From a virus (lineage: Duplodnaviria; Caudoviricetes), in IMG/VR virus record IMGVR_UViG_3300037067_013742, positions 32,001-96,000 of that record: DNA of 64,000 nt, one strand, 5' to 3'. Shown here piece by piece: positions 17,082 to 26,296 of the stretch. The notes beneath the pieces are model-generated. The model did no database searches. It saw only the letters and a program-made list of their open reading frames with translations, and was not told the origin of the DNA. The stretch's first letter is position 1. Every line of letters starts with the position of its first letter. A program made the position numbers and the translations under genes.

Positions 17082-17441
17082 CTAGATAGATCCTTGCTGT
17101 CTGGCCTTCTGTTTCCAGGCCATATAGCGGTCGGTAGGATTCGTTGGCTCCTCTTCTACTTGTTGAGATGGGAGCTTTGGCTTGGCGATGGTGGTCCTTT
17201 CTGCAAGAAGCTTTCTTACTTCTAGAGAGAGGCGTTTTTGTACATCTGGCGGGAGAACGATTCTAACTCTACTGTCTGTCTCATGGGGAATTGCTAGGAA
17301 AACCCCATACTTCCCCCTCACTATCTTGAGCCCGCGAATCACAATGTCTCCACTGCGGATAGCCACCTGTCCTAGAGACTTCTCTCCATAAGAAAACCAC
17401 TCGATCTCGATGATTTTGGTAGAATTGGTTACTTCGTTCAT
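17082..17441 (-). CDS. SpoVG-like nucleic-acid-binding protein
   Basis: IVIRGLKIVRGKYGVFLAIP matches the SpoVG core; start reset to the Met 6 nt after TGcTATACT. Confidence 0.7.
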   Translation of the reverse strand: MNEVTNSTKIIEIEWFSYGEKSLGQVAIRSGDIVIRGLKIVRGKYGVFLAIPHETDSRVRIVLPPDVQKRLSLEVRKLLAERTTIAKPKLPSQQVEEEPTNPTDRYMAWKQKARQQGSI

Positions 17442-17651
17442 TTGCCCAGTATAGCAACTCCCCTGGCTATTTGTATTACCGTCGCTACCAGGAGCGACAG
17501 GGCCAAGTCTAGCATAAATGCGGCAGAAGACACACACCCCATTGAGCATATGGGTAGACGGATGGATATCCTCACAGATTTGGCAGATGCTCATTTCTTC
17601 TAGCTCCACGACTACAGCATACTCCAAAAAGTAGCTATCTAGATAAAGAAG

Positions 17652-17853
17652 AATAGGCAGAACCTCACCCCGTGGCCTTTGGGGGAAGCTCTGCCTATTG
17701 GTTTTGATTTTGATCCTGTATTTAGCTACGCCCAGGTCAGGCGCTAGATTTGGTCTCGCATCTCCAATTACTCCTACACACGGGTTACATGTTGGGGTGT
17801 AATTGCTTCTGCTCTACGTGGGTCTTTTGCCGGCCGGCTAACCCTTCTGCCAC
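17652..17853 (-). ncRNA. structured intergenic element ending in a terminator-like long hairpin
   Basis: CAATTAC/GTAATTG and GCGCCTG/TGGGCGT stems, then AATAGGCAGA/TCTGCCTATT followed by CTTCTTT. Confidence 0.45.
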
Positions 17854-17887
17854 TTGAATTAGAAAAAACTCTGAGTTCTACGGTGTC

Positions 17888-18127
17888 TTATCCCAGCGCC
17901 TCCAGAATCCATCGAGCTCTTGCTGAGTGAACCGTCACGAGCCCGTTGTTCATCTGCTCGTCAGAACAGGTGATGAGCTTGAGATCGTAGAGCTCTTGGA
18001 TGAAGATCCTAATCTTCTCAACTGCTGCGGGGTACATCTTCGTGGTCAGATCGAACTCCAGGTCTCCCCCGAAAACCTCAGCCTCTTCTTCGTAGCGGGC
18101 CAACACCTTGAGCATTTCCTTGAGCAT
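17888..18127 (-). CDS. hypothetical protein
   Basis: TAATG coupling with the upstream gene. Confidence 0.65.
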   Translation of the reverse strand: MLKEMLKVLARYEEEAEVFGGDLEFDLTTKMYPAAVEKIRIFIQELYDLKLITCSDEQMNNGLVTVHSARARWILEALG

Positions 18128-18339
18128 TACATTCCTCCCATCTCGTCGATGGTCTCGTCTACCAGTTTGCTGATGTATCTGAGGGCGATCTTGTCGCCGG
18201 GCTTGATTGAATCGATATCCATTCTATCCAGCGTGATCTGGATTGTGGTTAGGAGGAGCGCATAGTGTGTCAGGTCACTCCTCTTGATGGTGTAGCTATC
18301 GAGTCTATCGGACTCAACAACATCTCTTGGTCGGGTCAT
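18127..18339 (-). CDS. hypothetical protein
   Basis: AGGAGATTCCA-ATG leader. Confidence 0.65.
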   Translation of the reverse strand: MTRPRDVVESDRLDSYTIKRSDLTHYALLLTTIQITLDRMDIDSIKPGDKIALRYISKLVDETIDEMGGM

Positions 18340-18348
18340 TGGAATCTC

Positions 18349-18879
18349 CTATAGTTGGGCGACTACTTCCTGTACAGGAACGTTCATTTCCCGAGAGATT
18401 GAGAGAACTGTCATCATATCCTCGGTTCCCATCGGCTGATCACATAGGTAGGTGAGCTCCTCCTCTGTTGCCCCCATTGCCAGGAGGGAGATTCCCTTGA
18501 CCCTTGATCCTCCGATGAGCAGGGGAGCCGTCATCGTGAGGAGCATTGGGTTCCCTTCGGTGACCTTCATCAGCTGATCGATCAGGCCCTCGGGAGTGCC
18601 CTTCTGAACGACCTGACTCCAGAGGTGGCAGGCCGTAACGAGGGGCAGCATCTCCTCCCTGCTCCCTTCGAACCAGGTGGTGTCGATGCAAGCCAGAACC
18701 TGTGTCACGGTCTTGATCTGGATGTTCTCACCGACCTCGAAGATGTTGGCGACTCGGCCACCGTAGCCCAGCTCGTACTTCACCAGGCTGTTGAGAGCGT
18801 CCTGAATGCTCTTGTTGTGGCGGGGAGGCACATCACGATGAAGTTCTCCGTTGAATCTTTCGCCCCATACGCTGATCAT
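18349..18879 (-). CDS. hypothetical protein
   Basis: AGGAGATTCCA-ATG leader, GC-rich codons. Confidence 0.75.
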   Translation of the reverse strand: MISVWGERFNGELHRDVPPRHNKSIQDALNSLVKYELGYGGRVANIFEVGENIQIKTVTQVLACIDTTWFEGSREEMLPLVTACHLWSQVVQKGTPEGLIDQLMKVTEGNPMLLTMTAPLLIGGSRVKGISLLAMGATEEELTYLCDQPMGTEDMMTVLSISREMNVPVQEVVAQL

Positions 18880-18953
18880 TGGAATCTCCTTTATCGCTGA
18901 GTATTAGTAGAAACTTAGGTAGGTAGATAGGTTGGTAGTATAGGAGGGATAGT

Positions 18954-19217
18954 TCAGTTGACTCGGTGGGCGAGACCCTGCTCGTCGAATCTCCACTGAT
19001 GTGTGGATCCCTGGTTGTATCTCAGGATGTTCTCCGCGGCAGAGGCAGACCATACCCAAGTACAGGCTCTACGAACATGGAGAACTGCCGTGATTACGCG
19101 GCGACGTTCCTTTGCATATCCCTCGACTGCTGCTCTCTCTGTTTCCGCTGCGAACTGATGAACGTACATTGCGGAAGGGCCACGGCCATTTCGTCCCCAG
19201 ATTTCGTAGAGGTGCAT
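18954..19217 (-). CDS. hypothetical protein
   Basis: GGAGG RBS before MHLYEIWG. Confidence 0.55.
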   Translation of the reverse strand: MHLYEIWGRNGRGPSAMYVHQFAAETERAAVEGYAKERRRVITAVLHVRRACTWVWSASAAENILRYNQGSTHQWRFDEQGLAHRVN

Positions 19218-19251
19218 GTCAGTTCCTCCATTCGTAGCTGTTAGAAGAAAT

Positions 19252-19722
19252 TCAGGAGAGGTATTTCGCTCGGAAAGCAACCCACTCATCCCTGTTGTAG
19301 AGGTTGTAGACTGGGATGCCTGCTGCGTTGGCTGCTCGGATAGCGTATCCAGTCCCCCCGTGGTCTTTTCCATTTGAGGTCCAGCATACAACGAACTCAA
19401 TGGGCTTATTGCCATCTCTACCGAAGAGCTGTTGCATATTGCGAGCGAGGAGAGCCTGTACGTAGGGCCTCATCTTCTCGAGCTTTGCTCCCTTCTGGAG
19501 GTAATCCTTCACCTTCTCATAGCACCACTGAGGCACGTTCTTGGCGTAGAAGATCTCCTTCAGTCCTCCGGCGGCACCCTGTTCGAAGGCAGTGTCGGCT
19601 CCTTTAGCGCCACCACTTCGAAGGGTATATCCTTTCTTAGCGAGGTGAGTAGCAATCCTCTTCATGAGATTGAGGACTACCTCTGGTGTCTCTCTTGAAC
19701 CAATCCCGGCGTAATGAGGCAT
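19252..19722 (-). CDS. SLOG/DprA-like nucleotide-binding protein
   Basis: YAGIGSRETP, LRSGGAKGAD, GGTGYAIRAA...IPVYNL. Confidence 0.85.
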   Translation of the reverse strand: MPHYAGIGSRETPEVVLNLMKRIATHLAKKGYTLRSGGAKGADTAFEQGAAGGLKEIFYAKNVPQWCYEKVKDYLQKGAKLEKMRPYVQALLARNMQQLFGRDGNKPIEFVVCWTSNGKDHGGTGYAIRAANAAGIPVYNLYNRDEWVAFRAKYLS

Positions 19723-19731
19723 TACTTCCTC

Positions 19732-20172
19732 CTAGAGAACTACGATCATCCCGTTCTCTTCTCTAAGGTTATTGGCTTTGAGAGCTTTCTTCCATGGACG
19801 TTGGGAGGGACAACAATACATATAGAGCTTTGATCTCAGGATGTTGTCGCCCTTGAAGCTCTTATTGAGAACTTCTCGTACTGCTGTTCTTAGTTCGGCG
19901 GCAGATCCGGTAAAGGGCTCTGTAGTCAGTACAGTAGAGAGGGCCTTGGTTACCTCCTTTGAAGCATCCATATAGTAGGGAAGCTTGTTTTGGCGGGAGA
20001 TCTCTCCTACTGTAGAAGCAGAACGAAGTCTTGGCTTCTCAGGTTCTTTTTCTGCGGGCAATACAACTATATCTCTCTGAGAAGTAGAAGTTCTAAGAGC
20101 ATTGGCCATAGCATCCAGTACTGTGGCCATCCCCTCTCCTTCACCATCAATCTGAATAGTAACTTTTGGCAA
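19732..20172 (-). CDS. hypothetical protein
   Basis: GGAGG upstream of TTG start. Confidence 0.6.
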   Translation of the reverse strand: MPKVTIQIDGEGEGMATVLDAMANALRTSTSQRDIVVLPAEKEPEKPRLRSASTVGEISRQNKLPYYMDASKEVTKALSTVLTTEPFTGSAAELRTAVREVLNKSFKGDNILRSKLYMYCCPSQRPWKKALKANNLREENGMIVVL

Positions 20173-20229
20173 GGGAATTATATCCTCCTATAAGGACTAT
20201 AAGAGGAATTTCTAGGTAGGTAGGTTAGG

Positions 20230-20817
20230 CTACTTGTCCTCTTCCCATCTGTCGAAGTTGTCACAATCACAGCAAGGCCACTCGCTCTTGTCTTCGGCCG
20301 GGGCGTGGAGACAGTTGTAGCAGCTGTGGTTGCTGGACTTCTTCTGATCAGCCAGGAGATCAACGAGGATGTCGACGACTCGGGTGGTCTCGTGCTCCAC
20401 CAGTGCGTAGATGGCTCGCCGAACCTCCGGCTTCCAGGAGTCGTCCTGCTGCATCCCGTTGATGTCTCGGAGGAGGGAGGTGACGGTGTCCTCAGACTCC
20501 TTGAGGCGGTCCCTGAGGTTCTCGACGATGACCTTGGTTTGGGACAGCTCATAGGAGAGGCTGGAGTTCTTCTTCTCCAGCTCGGTGGTCTGCTTGCTCA
20601 GCTCCTTCTCGGGGACGCTCCTCTGGGCCGAGACGACCTCCAGGTCCTCCAGGCGGTTCCTGAAGTTGCGGGCCCAGGTCACGGGTGCCTCGGTCTCTGA
20701 GCTCGTGGGGTACTGCTCGACCAGCTCCTTGGCCTCCTTCAGTCCCAGACCGGTCAGCTGCCTGACCAATTTGATCATGGGTACTTTGACTCCGTTGCCC
20801 CAGTTGATCTCGTCCAT
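20230..20817 (-). CDS. ribosomal L7/L12 CTD-like domain + coiled coil + zinc ribbon
   Basis: KVPMIKLVRQLTGLGLKEAKELVE closely matches the bL12 CTD signature; C-terminal CYNC...CCDC. Confidence 0.8.
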   Translation of the reverse strand: MDEINWGNGVKVPMIKLVRQLTGLGLKEAKELVEQYPTSSETEAPVTWARNFRNRLEDLEVVSAQRSVPEKELSKQTTELEKKNSSLSYELSQTKVIVENLRDRLKESEDTVTSLLRDINGMQQDDSWKPEVRRAIYALVEHETTRVVDILVDLLADQKKSSNHSCYNCLHAPAEDKSEWPCCDCDNFDRWEEDK

Positions 20818-20850
20818 CGTTATCTCCCTTGTAAGTAGTAGAAGAAACTA

Positions 20851-21321
20851 CTAGTAGTAGCGCCTGAAGCCCTTGAAGGCGAACGTGGCCACCTTCTTGG
20901 TGTTCCCGTCGTCCTGGAGGGTCTCGGTCACCACCCTCTCCGAAACGGCCGCCACCACTCCATCCACCCAGGTGTCGTAGCTCTGGAGGAGGTTGACGAT
21001 CTGGAAGGTGAGGGTCATCTCGCCCTGCACCATGATGGTGATGGGGCCATCGTACTTTTGGGGGAACCTCTCCAGCTCGGCGATCACATCCCAGGCCATC
21101 TGGATGACGTCGTCTTTGGTGGCCTCGGCGGGGACGTTGGGGAAGGCGACATCCACGATCATGGCGGTGGAGTCGTCAGTGGCGTAGGTCTTGGCGGCCT
21201 CCAGCTGCTCCTTGGACCACTTGGAGGAGGGGTGGTTGGAGACGTTGATGAACAGGGGGCAATCCGCCCTGAGGAAGTTCTCAACCTGTTTTCCGACGAA
21301 CATCTCATGGTCACAACACAT
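20851..21321 (-). CDS. Csx20-like CRISPR-associated Rossmann-fold protein, candidate ring nuclease
   Basis: FINVSNHPS..W..EQ, FPNVP, VQGEMTL, SER..E, KK...F.F..FRRY. Confidence 0.6.
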   Translation of the reverse strand: MCCDHEMFVGKQVENFLRADCPLFINVSNHPSSKWSKEQLEAAKTYATDDSTAMIVDVAFPNVPAEATKDDVIQMAWDVIAELERFPQKYDGPITIMVQGEMTLTFQIVNLLQSYDTWVDGVVAAVSERVVTETLQDDGNTKKVATFAFKGFRRYY

Positions 21322-21370
21322 CTAATCCTCCAATCACGGTAAGTAGTAAGAACTCATAGCAAGAAGAGGT

Positions 21371-21583
21371 TTAGGCCAAGTCTTCCTTTGCGGCCAGATC
21401 CTCCAGTTGTTTGGCCTGGTCGGCGGCAGACATGAGAGCAACGGCAAGATCCCATGCTTCATTGGTAGTCAGATCGAGAGGAATCAGAACTCCATCCCTC
21501 TTGATGTCACAGAGGACATCCGGTCCGTCTCCCCACGTACAAGCAACAGTAATCTCGTCTGCTCGAGTTCGGATAATGGTCAT
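21371..21583 (-). CDS. hypothetical protein
   Basis: AGGAG RBS. Confidence 0.6.
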   Translation of the reverse strand: MTIIRTRADEITVACTWGDGPDVLCDIKRDGVLIPLDLTTNEAWDLAVALMSAADQAKQLEDLAAKEDLA

Positions 21584-21629
21584 CTGTATCTCCTGGTGAA
21601 CGTTAGAGGAATTCTATGGTAGGAAAGGA

Positions 21630-21655
21630 GGGCAGTTTACACTCATGCCCAGGAG
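21630..21655 (-). ncRNA. small H-type pseudoknot motif, copy 1
   Basis: CTC-CT-GGGCA-T-GAG-TGTAAAC-TGCCC, 8 nt after a stop codon. Confidence 0.65.
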
Positions 21656-21663
21656 CTTAGATC

Positions 21664-22023
21664 TTAGAGGGCCTTCCTGCACTTCTCAAATGGGCATCCA
21701 CCATTACAGTGCTTGTCGTAGAGAGCCCAGTCGATCTGTGGCAAGAAGTCTTCTGTGAGGAGGTAGTCGAAGAACTCTGGGCCGAGGTTGTCCACCATCA
21801 CCTCTATAATTTTGTGGGGTAGGTGGTCTTGGAGGATATCTCCTTCGTGCATGTCGGTGAAGTGAGCTTGGATGACGACTGGCTTGACGTGGTTTTCCCA
21901 GGTGCAGGTTGGGGCGCAACGAATGGGGGTGAGGTTTACCTCCACGATGTCTCCGCGAGGGTTCTTTCCCAACCGGCGAGACCATGTCCCCCAATAGGAG
22001 GAGAAGAAGTACGTGTTTTTCAT
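21664..22023 (-). CDS. hypothetical phage protein
   Basis: MKNTYFFSSYWGTWSR start; the longer ORF-track version shadows the upstream gene. Confidence 0.65.
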   Translation of the reverse strand: MKNTYFFSSYWGTWSRRLGKNPRGDIVEVNLTPIRCAPTCTWENHVKPVVIQAHFTDMHEGDILQDHLPHKIIEVMVDNLGPEFFDYLLTEDFLPQIDWALYDKHCNGGCPFEKCRKAL

Positions 22024-22040
22024 GGAGGATTTAGAAGAAA

Positions 22041-23603
22041 CTAGATGCGGACGAGCGAGGCCAGCATGGCGTTTAGGCTTGTCCATCCCTCGATGTAGGG
22101 CGCGGGGGTGAGGCTGATGGGCGCGTACCCGGTGGTCTTGACCACGCCCTGGCAGAGAACCTCGATGGTCCTCTTCGGCAGGACCGGGACCTCCTGGCTG
22201 TCGGAGGTGGTGACGAGGGCGGAGGGGCAGCGGGCCAGGGGGCCGACGAACCACTCCAGGTAGGAGGTGCGGGGCTTGAAGGACCCCTGGAACTCGCTGA
22301 TGGACATCCCCAGGACCCTGGCGTGCAGCTCGATCGCCACACCCTCTCCCATGCCGTCGCAGGCGGGGCAGGTCATCCCGTTGGGGAGGGTTCCCTGGCT
22401 GTCGCAGTAGGGGCACAGGACCTTCTCCTCCACGCTCTCCGTGGCCAGGAAGTCACCCTGCATCGCGGAGTGCTCCCAGATGTCTCCCTCGGCGGAGGGG
22501 GCCTTGGGGTAGGTACCGATGGCCTTGACCTTTAGGGAGCGGTGGATGTTCTGGGCCAACCACTCGGTCAGCTTGCTGGCGAAGGTCTTGGCCCTCTGCT
22601 CGTCCTTGGAGTCACCCACCACGTAGGTGAGCTTGCCCAGGCGCGAGGACCAGTCGACCTCGGGGGAGTGGATTCCCGCGGCCCTGATGGTGGCGGCGTT
22701 GAGGGCCAGGACGTACCGGGCGTAGTCCAGACCGAAGTGGCGGTACCCCTCGGGCAGGGCGGTGATGGTCTCCGAGAGTCCGTCCCGGGCCTTCATGTGG
22801 GTGTACCACCGACCCGTGTTGTGGGCGATAGCGACGGCGGACAGGTACCCGGCCTCACCGATAAGCTTGACGAGGTTCTGGACGCTCTTGGCCGTCTGGA
22901 TGCGGGAGAGCAGCTCGTCCAGGCAGACGTCCCTGAGCTCCGAGACGCGCTCCAGGTGGAGGCGGTTGGGCTCGTAGGACATCTCGGCCTTGCGACCGGC
23001 CAGCTCGTCCTCCTCGGTGAGGGGGAGGGAGCGGGCGATGTTGGCGCTGGCGGAGAACTGGGCGTCCCACCAGTCACCGTCCATCTCGGCCCCGAAGACC
23101 ACGCTCTCGTCGTCGTCGTCCCCGGAGGTGGGGGCGTCCATGAGGGCGCAGTCGTCGTACAGGCACAACTCGGCGGCACCTTGTCCCGGGGCGAGGTCGA
23201 CGGTCGGGTCCAGCCTGTCTCCGGCGCCGGGGCACCAGCCGAAGGTCTTCCGGTCGGCGTGGAAGGTCAGGGTCTCGATCACCACCTGGATGATCTCCCT
23301 GCACCGGATGGTCTCGGCCAGGACGTGGATGTCCTTGGCGTTGAGGTTCACCGAGAGCATGCTGTAGGCCTCCAGGGCGAGGTCGTGGGCCTTGAAGGTC
23401 GACACGGCCTCCATCTCCTGGATCGAGGTGAGGGTGCCGCGCAACCAGGCGTTGAGGAGCGGGAAGGTGTTGGGGACGGGGGCGAGCTCGATCTCGGGGA
23501 TGAACTCGTTGTCCTCGGAGCACAGCGTGTCGAGGTAGTTCTCGAACTGCTCGTCGGTGGCGAAGGTGTCGTTGACGTTCATGGTGGAGGTGTTGGTCGT
23601 CAT
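22041..23603 (-). CDS. large GC-rich acidic protein with DnaJ-type zinc finger
   Basis: AGAAAGG RBS before MTTNTSTM; CPYCDSQG...CPACDGMG; nearly all third positions G/C. Confidence 0.8.
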   Translation of the reverse strand: MTTNTSTMNVNDTFATDEQFENYLDTLCSEDNEFIPEIELAPVPNTFPLLNAWLRGTLTSIQEMEAVSTFKAHDLALEAYSMLSVNLNAKDIHVLAETIRCREIIQVVIETLTFHADRKTFGWCPGAGDRLDPTVDLAPGQGAAELCLYDDCALMDAPTSGDDDDESVVFGAEMDGDWWDAQFSASANIARSLPLTEEDELAGRKAEMSYEPNRLHLERVSELRDVCLDELLSRIQTAKSVQNLVKLIGEAGYLSAVAIAHNTGRWYTHMKARDGLSETITALPEGYRHFGLDYARYVLALNAATIRAAGIHSPEVDWSSRLGKLTYVVGDSKDEQRAKTFASKLTEWLAQNIHRSLKVKAIGTYPKAPSAEGDIWEHSAMQGDFLATESVEEKVLCPYCDSQGTLPNGMTCPACDGMGEGVAIELHARVLGMSISEFQGSFKPRTSYLEWFVGPLARCPSALVTTSDSQEVPVLPKRTIEVLCQGVVKTTGYAPISLTPAPYIEGWTSLNAMLASLVRI

Positions 23604-24416
23604 GTGAGAACCTTTCTGCTGGCGCTCGGCCAGCTGTGATTGGGACTCGGGAGGTGGTGCAAGCTGGGTCATCGAAGAAGGGACGAAGTCCCTGACCCAG
23701 CGCAGTCACCACCGTGTCCCCAGACTGTCTGTGCCATGCTTAGGTCGAGGCAGGCACACAACCTCGCTCCACGATTCTGATTGCTGGGCGCTTGCATCCC
23801 AGTCTGCCGTTTCGCGGGCAGATCCACCTCTACCTATGGTAGTAGGACAATCACTAATCGTTGAAGTAAAGGAAACTCATCGGGGGCTTTTTCTTTTAGG
23901 CGGGCGAACTGACAGGAATCTCAATCTGATAAGACTTCCTGTCTTAGAGCTATAGGAAAAGTATTAGTACGAGCAGTAGTATAAAATCTTACAGGTGGAG
24001 ATAGGGAGTATATATAAGGATATTAGATCATAAGAGAGTATACAGAGCGGGCACGAATTTGACCCGCCAGGGGCAAATGGAGTGCCGCTGAGGCGAGCGT
24101 TAGCAAGCCGGTGAGGCGACGTATTGATTATGATATTTAAGCTTTAGGAAGAGCACGAGGCCCCAAAGCCGAGTGCGTGCGTATGATATCTATTCTTGGC
24201 GGGGGAACAACAATCATAGCCTAGACTATTATCATTAGAGAGTATTAGTGCGTTATCAAGGTTAATAGCCAAGAATTATCAGTAGATATTCTTCTAGCGG
24301 GCAACAACAACTAATAGCCTTATCAACCTCTGGTAAGAATATCAGTAGAGTGCGTTATAGAGGGAAGAAGGAGAGAAAGCCAGCAACCAAGAGCGTGCGT
24401 GCGTAGAGAAAAGAAT

Positions 24417-24443
24417 GAGCAGTTTTCAGTCAATGCTCAGGAC
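24417..24443 (-). ncRNA. small H-type pseudoknot motif, copy 2
   Basis: GTC-CT-GAGCA-TT-GAC-TGAAAAC-TGCTC, 10 nt after a stop codon. Confidence 0.65.
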
Positions 24444-24453
24444 CTGATCAGAA

Positions 24454-24657
24454 CTACTCCTCCAGCTTCCACTCCCTGGTCTTCTCTTCCCAGATGTAGG
24501 TGTAGTACATCTGGGCCACCTCGTGCAGCACCTGGACGGTGAACATGACGTTCTCCCCGTCGTCCTCCTCCAGGATGTCCATCACGACGTACCCACCCTT
24601 GGTCTCGAAGTGGTCGAAGATCTCCTTGGTGGTCGGCATCCCGAACTGGTTCGTCAT
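24454..24657 (-). CDS. small acidic protein
   Basis: GAGG RBS before MTNQFG; GC-rich codons. Confidence 0.65.
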   Translation of the reverse strand: MTNQFGMPTTKEIFDHFETKGGYVVMDILEEDDGENVMFTVQVLHEVAQMYYTYIWEEKTREWKLEE

Positions 24658-24762
24658 AATAGCCTCTAACACTCGATATAAGCCCTCGAGTAGGGGGTTA
24701 ACGACCCGGCTCCTTGGTAAGGGAATCGCACCCTCTGTAATGCCGCCTAGGGCCCAAGGAAC

Positions 24763-24788
24763 GAGCAGTTTATCCTGTTGCTCAGCAG
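24763..24788 (-). ncRNA. small H-type pseudoknot motif, copy 3
   Basis: CTG-CT-GAGCA-A-CAG-GATAAAC-TGCTC, 7 nt after a stop codon. Confidence 0.65.
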
Positions 24789-24795
24789 CCAAGAA

Positions 24796-25209
24796 CTAGT
24801 CGCAGCTCTGACTGCAGTTCCAGGTTGTCGCCGGCTTCCCGGACGTTGCGCTGATCACATGGGAGAACTGCCAAAAGCCGTAGCCACAGGCATTGTGGTG
24901 GCAACGATCTTGGATCTGGAGAGCCCGGTCCTTGCTGATATGACCCTCAGTGCAGAACTGAACGTCGCGACCACTGTCGTCTACCCAGACCCCGTCCTCG
25001 AGCTTCCTCCAGTTTCCCGTGTCCTCGATCGCCAAGCTCTGCTGCTTCGGGTTCTTCAGCGCGGCCAACACCTCCTCAGGGCTATTTCCCGATGAGTAGA
25101 CCATCTTGTAAAACTTCGTGCTTGTCATGCCAGCAACCATAGCAATCGCTTCCGCACAGATCTCCTTGTTCGACCTTGCCATATCAAACCTCATTTGCCA
25201 GATGCTCAT
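24796..25209 (-). CDS. hypothetical protein; C-terminal domain paralogous to 26778..26999
   Basis: VWxDxSGRxVxFCxxGHI...GYGFxxFSH...SGKPATTWxCSxxCD; true start may be MARSNK. Confidence 0.75.
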   Translation of the reverse strand: MSIWQMRFDMARSNKEICAEAIAMVAGMTSTKFYKMVYSSGNSPEEVLAALKNPKQQSLAIEDTGNWRKLEDGVWVDDSGRDVQFCTEGHISKDRALQIQDRCHHNACGYGFWQFSHVISATSGKPATTWNCSQSCD

Positions 25210-25271
25210 CAGTGCAGGACTACTGGCTATACCTGCAGACTCCCTATGAGAGGGAGTTTCGCTTAAGGGGT

Positions 25272-25919
25272 TTACTTCTCGGGGAGGATGATGGCGTGGT
25301 AGGAAAGACTCTCAGCCTTCTCGGCGAGAATCTTCTTGAGGAGGTGGCGGTGACAGAATGCGCCCTTCCTGCAGTAGCAGGTAAGGACAATCACTCTGCC
25401 TTCCAGAGCGGCCTTGGTGATGATGGTTTCCCATCTGTGCTGGTGTTTGGTCCAGCTCTCCTCCATCATCTTGAGGTAGAGTTTGGTGTACTGCTCCTTG
25501 GACATCGCGCCGCCCAAGTAGCCTTCCACCATCCGCCAGGTCGGGGCGAACATCTGGAGTCCGCTCTTAACCGTGACGTTGATCACCAGCTCATCGGAGG
25601 TGGGCTTGTGGGAGATATGGGCGGTGGTAATCCGCACGGTCCCATAGTTATGGCGGGGCGACTCCCTGGACCATCCGGGCTGATCCAGGTTGTCGTACTT
25701 CTCAGACTTCTTGGCCTGCGCCATAATCTCATCCGAGAAGGGAGTCCCGTCTAGCTCTGGATACCGCTCCTCTTGCGGCTGTCCAGAGGAAGCGATCCGG
25801 ACCCACTCGCGAGCAGTAAGTTCGGAAGCCTTGACCTTGGTCCAGAACTCTGTGCTGTTCCGAACCAATTTCAGATCGATCGCCTGCCTACAGTAGTAGG
25901 CGTTGTTCTCGGTCGCCAC
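25272..25919 (-). CDS. DUF488-like domain protein
   Basis: FAPTW...Y...Y...IVLTCYC....FCHRHLL. Confidence 0.75.
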   Translation of the reverse strand: MATENNAYYCRQAIDLKLVRNSTEFWTKVKASELTAREWVRIASSGQPQEERYPELDGTPFSDEIMAQAKKSEKYDNLDQPGWSRESPRHNYGTVRITTAHISHKPTSDELVINVTVKSGLQMFAPTWRMVEGYLGGAMSKEQYTKLYLKMMEESWTKHQHRWETIITKAALEGRVIVLTCYCRKGAFCHRHLLKKILAEKAESLSYHAIILPEK

Positions 25920-26296
25920 TAGAACCTCCTCGTGTTGGCGTTCAAGGCCGCAACCATCTCCTCCTCTGAGAAGTGGTTGTAGTTCAACTCAACGTCGAAC
26001 TCATCCCACTCCCCGAGCTCTTCCTCGACCATGTCAGGGATAGTCAGAGCGACCAGGAGCTTGATCTCCAGGTCAGAGATCTCTTCCTGGTTCTCCAGCT
26101 TCTCCCACCAGTAGGGGCCGAGGGAGCTCTCGACGCGGGGGAGCTTGACCGTCCTTTCCAAGACGGTATCTCCCCAGCAATCAATCGCCTCCTCCCTGTT
26201 CTGCCACCAACGGACCAAGTAGGTGCCGATGTAGCAGAGGGCGAGGGTGGCGGCGATCACGAACAGCATCTCAACTACGATCTGCAGAGTGGTCAT
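25919..26296 (-). CDS. membrane-anchored acidic protein
   Basis: N-terminal TM helix, AAAGGA RBS. Confidence 0.7.
   Translation of the reverse strand: MTTLQIVVEMLFVIAATLALCYIGTYLVRWWQNREEAIDCWGDTVLERTVKLPRVESSLGPYWWEKLENQEEISDLEIKLLVALTIPDMVEEELGEWDEFDVELNYNHFSEEEMVAALNANTRRF

Noticed and set aside
22073-23712. Long overlapping ORFs such as 22542..23639 (+) and 23074..23712 (-)
   Set aside because: Shadow frames of a GC-rich gene; no RBS and biased composition.
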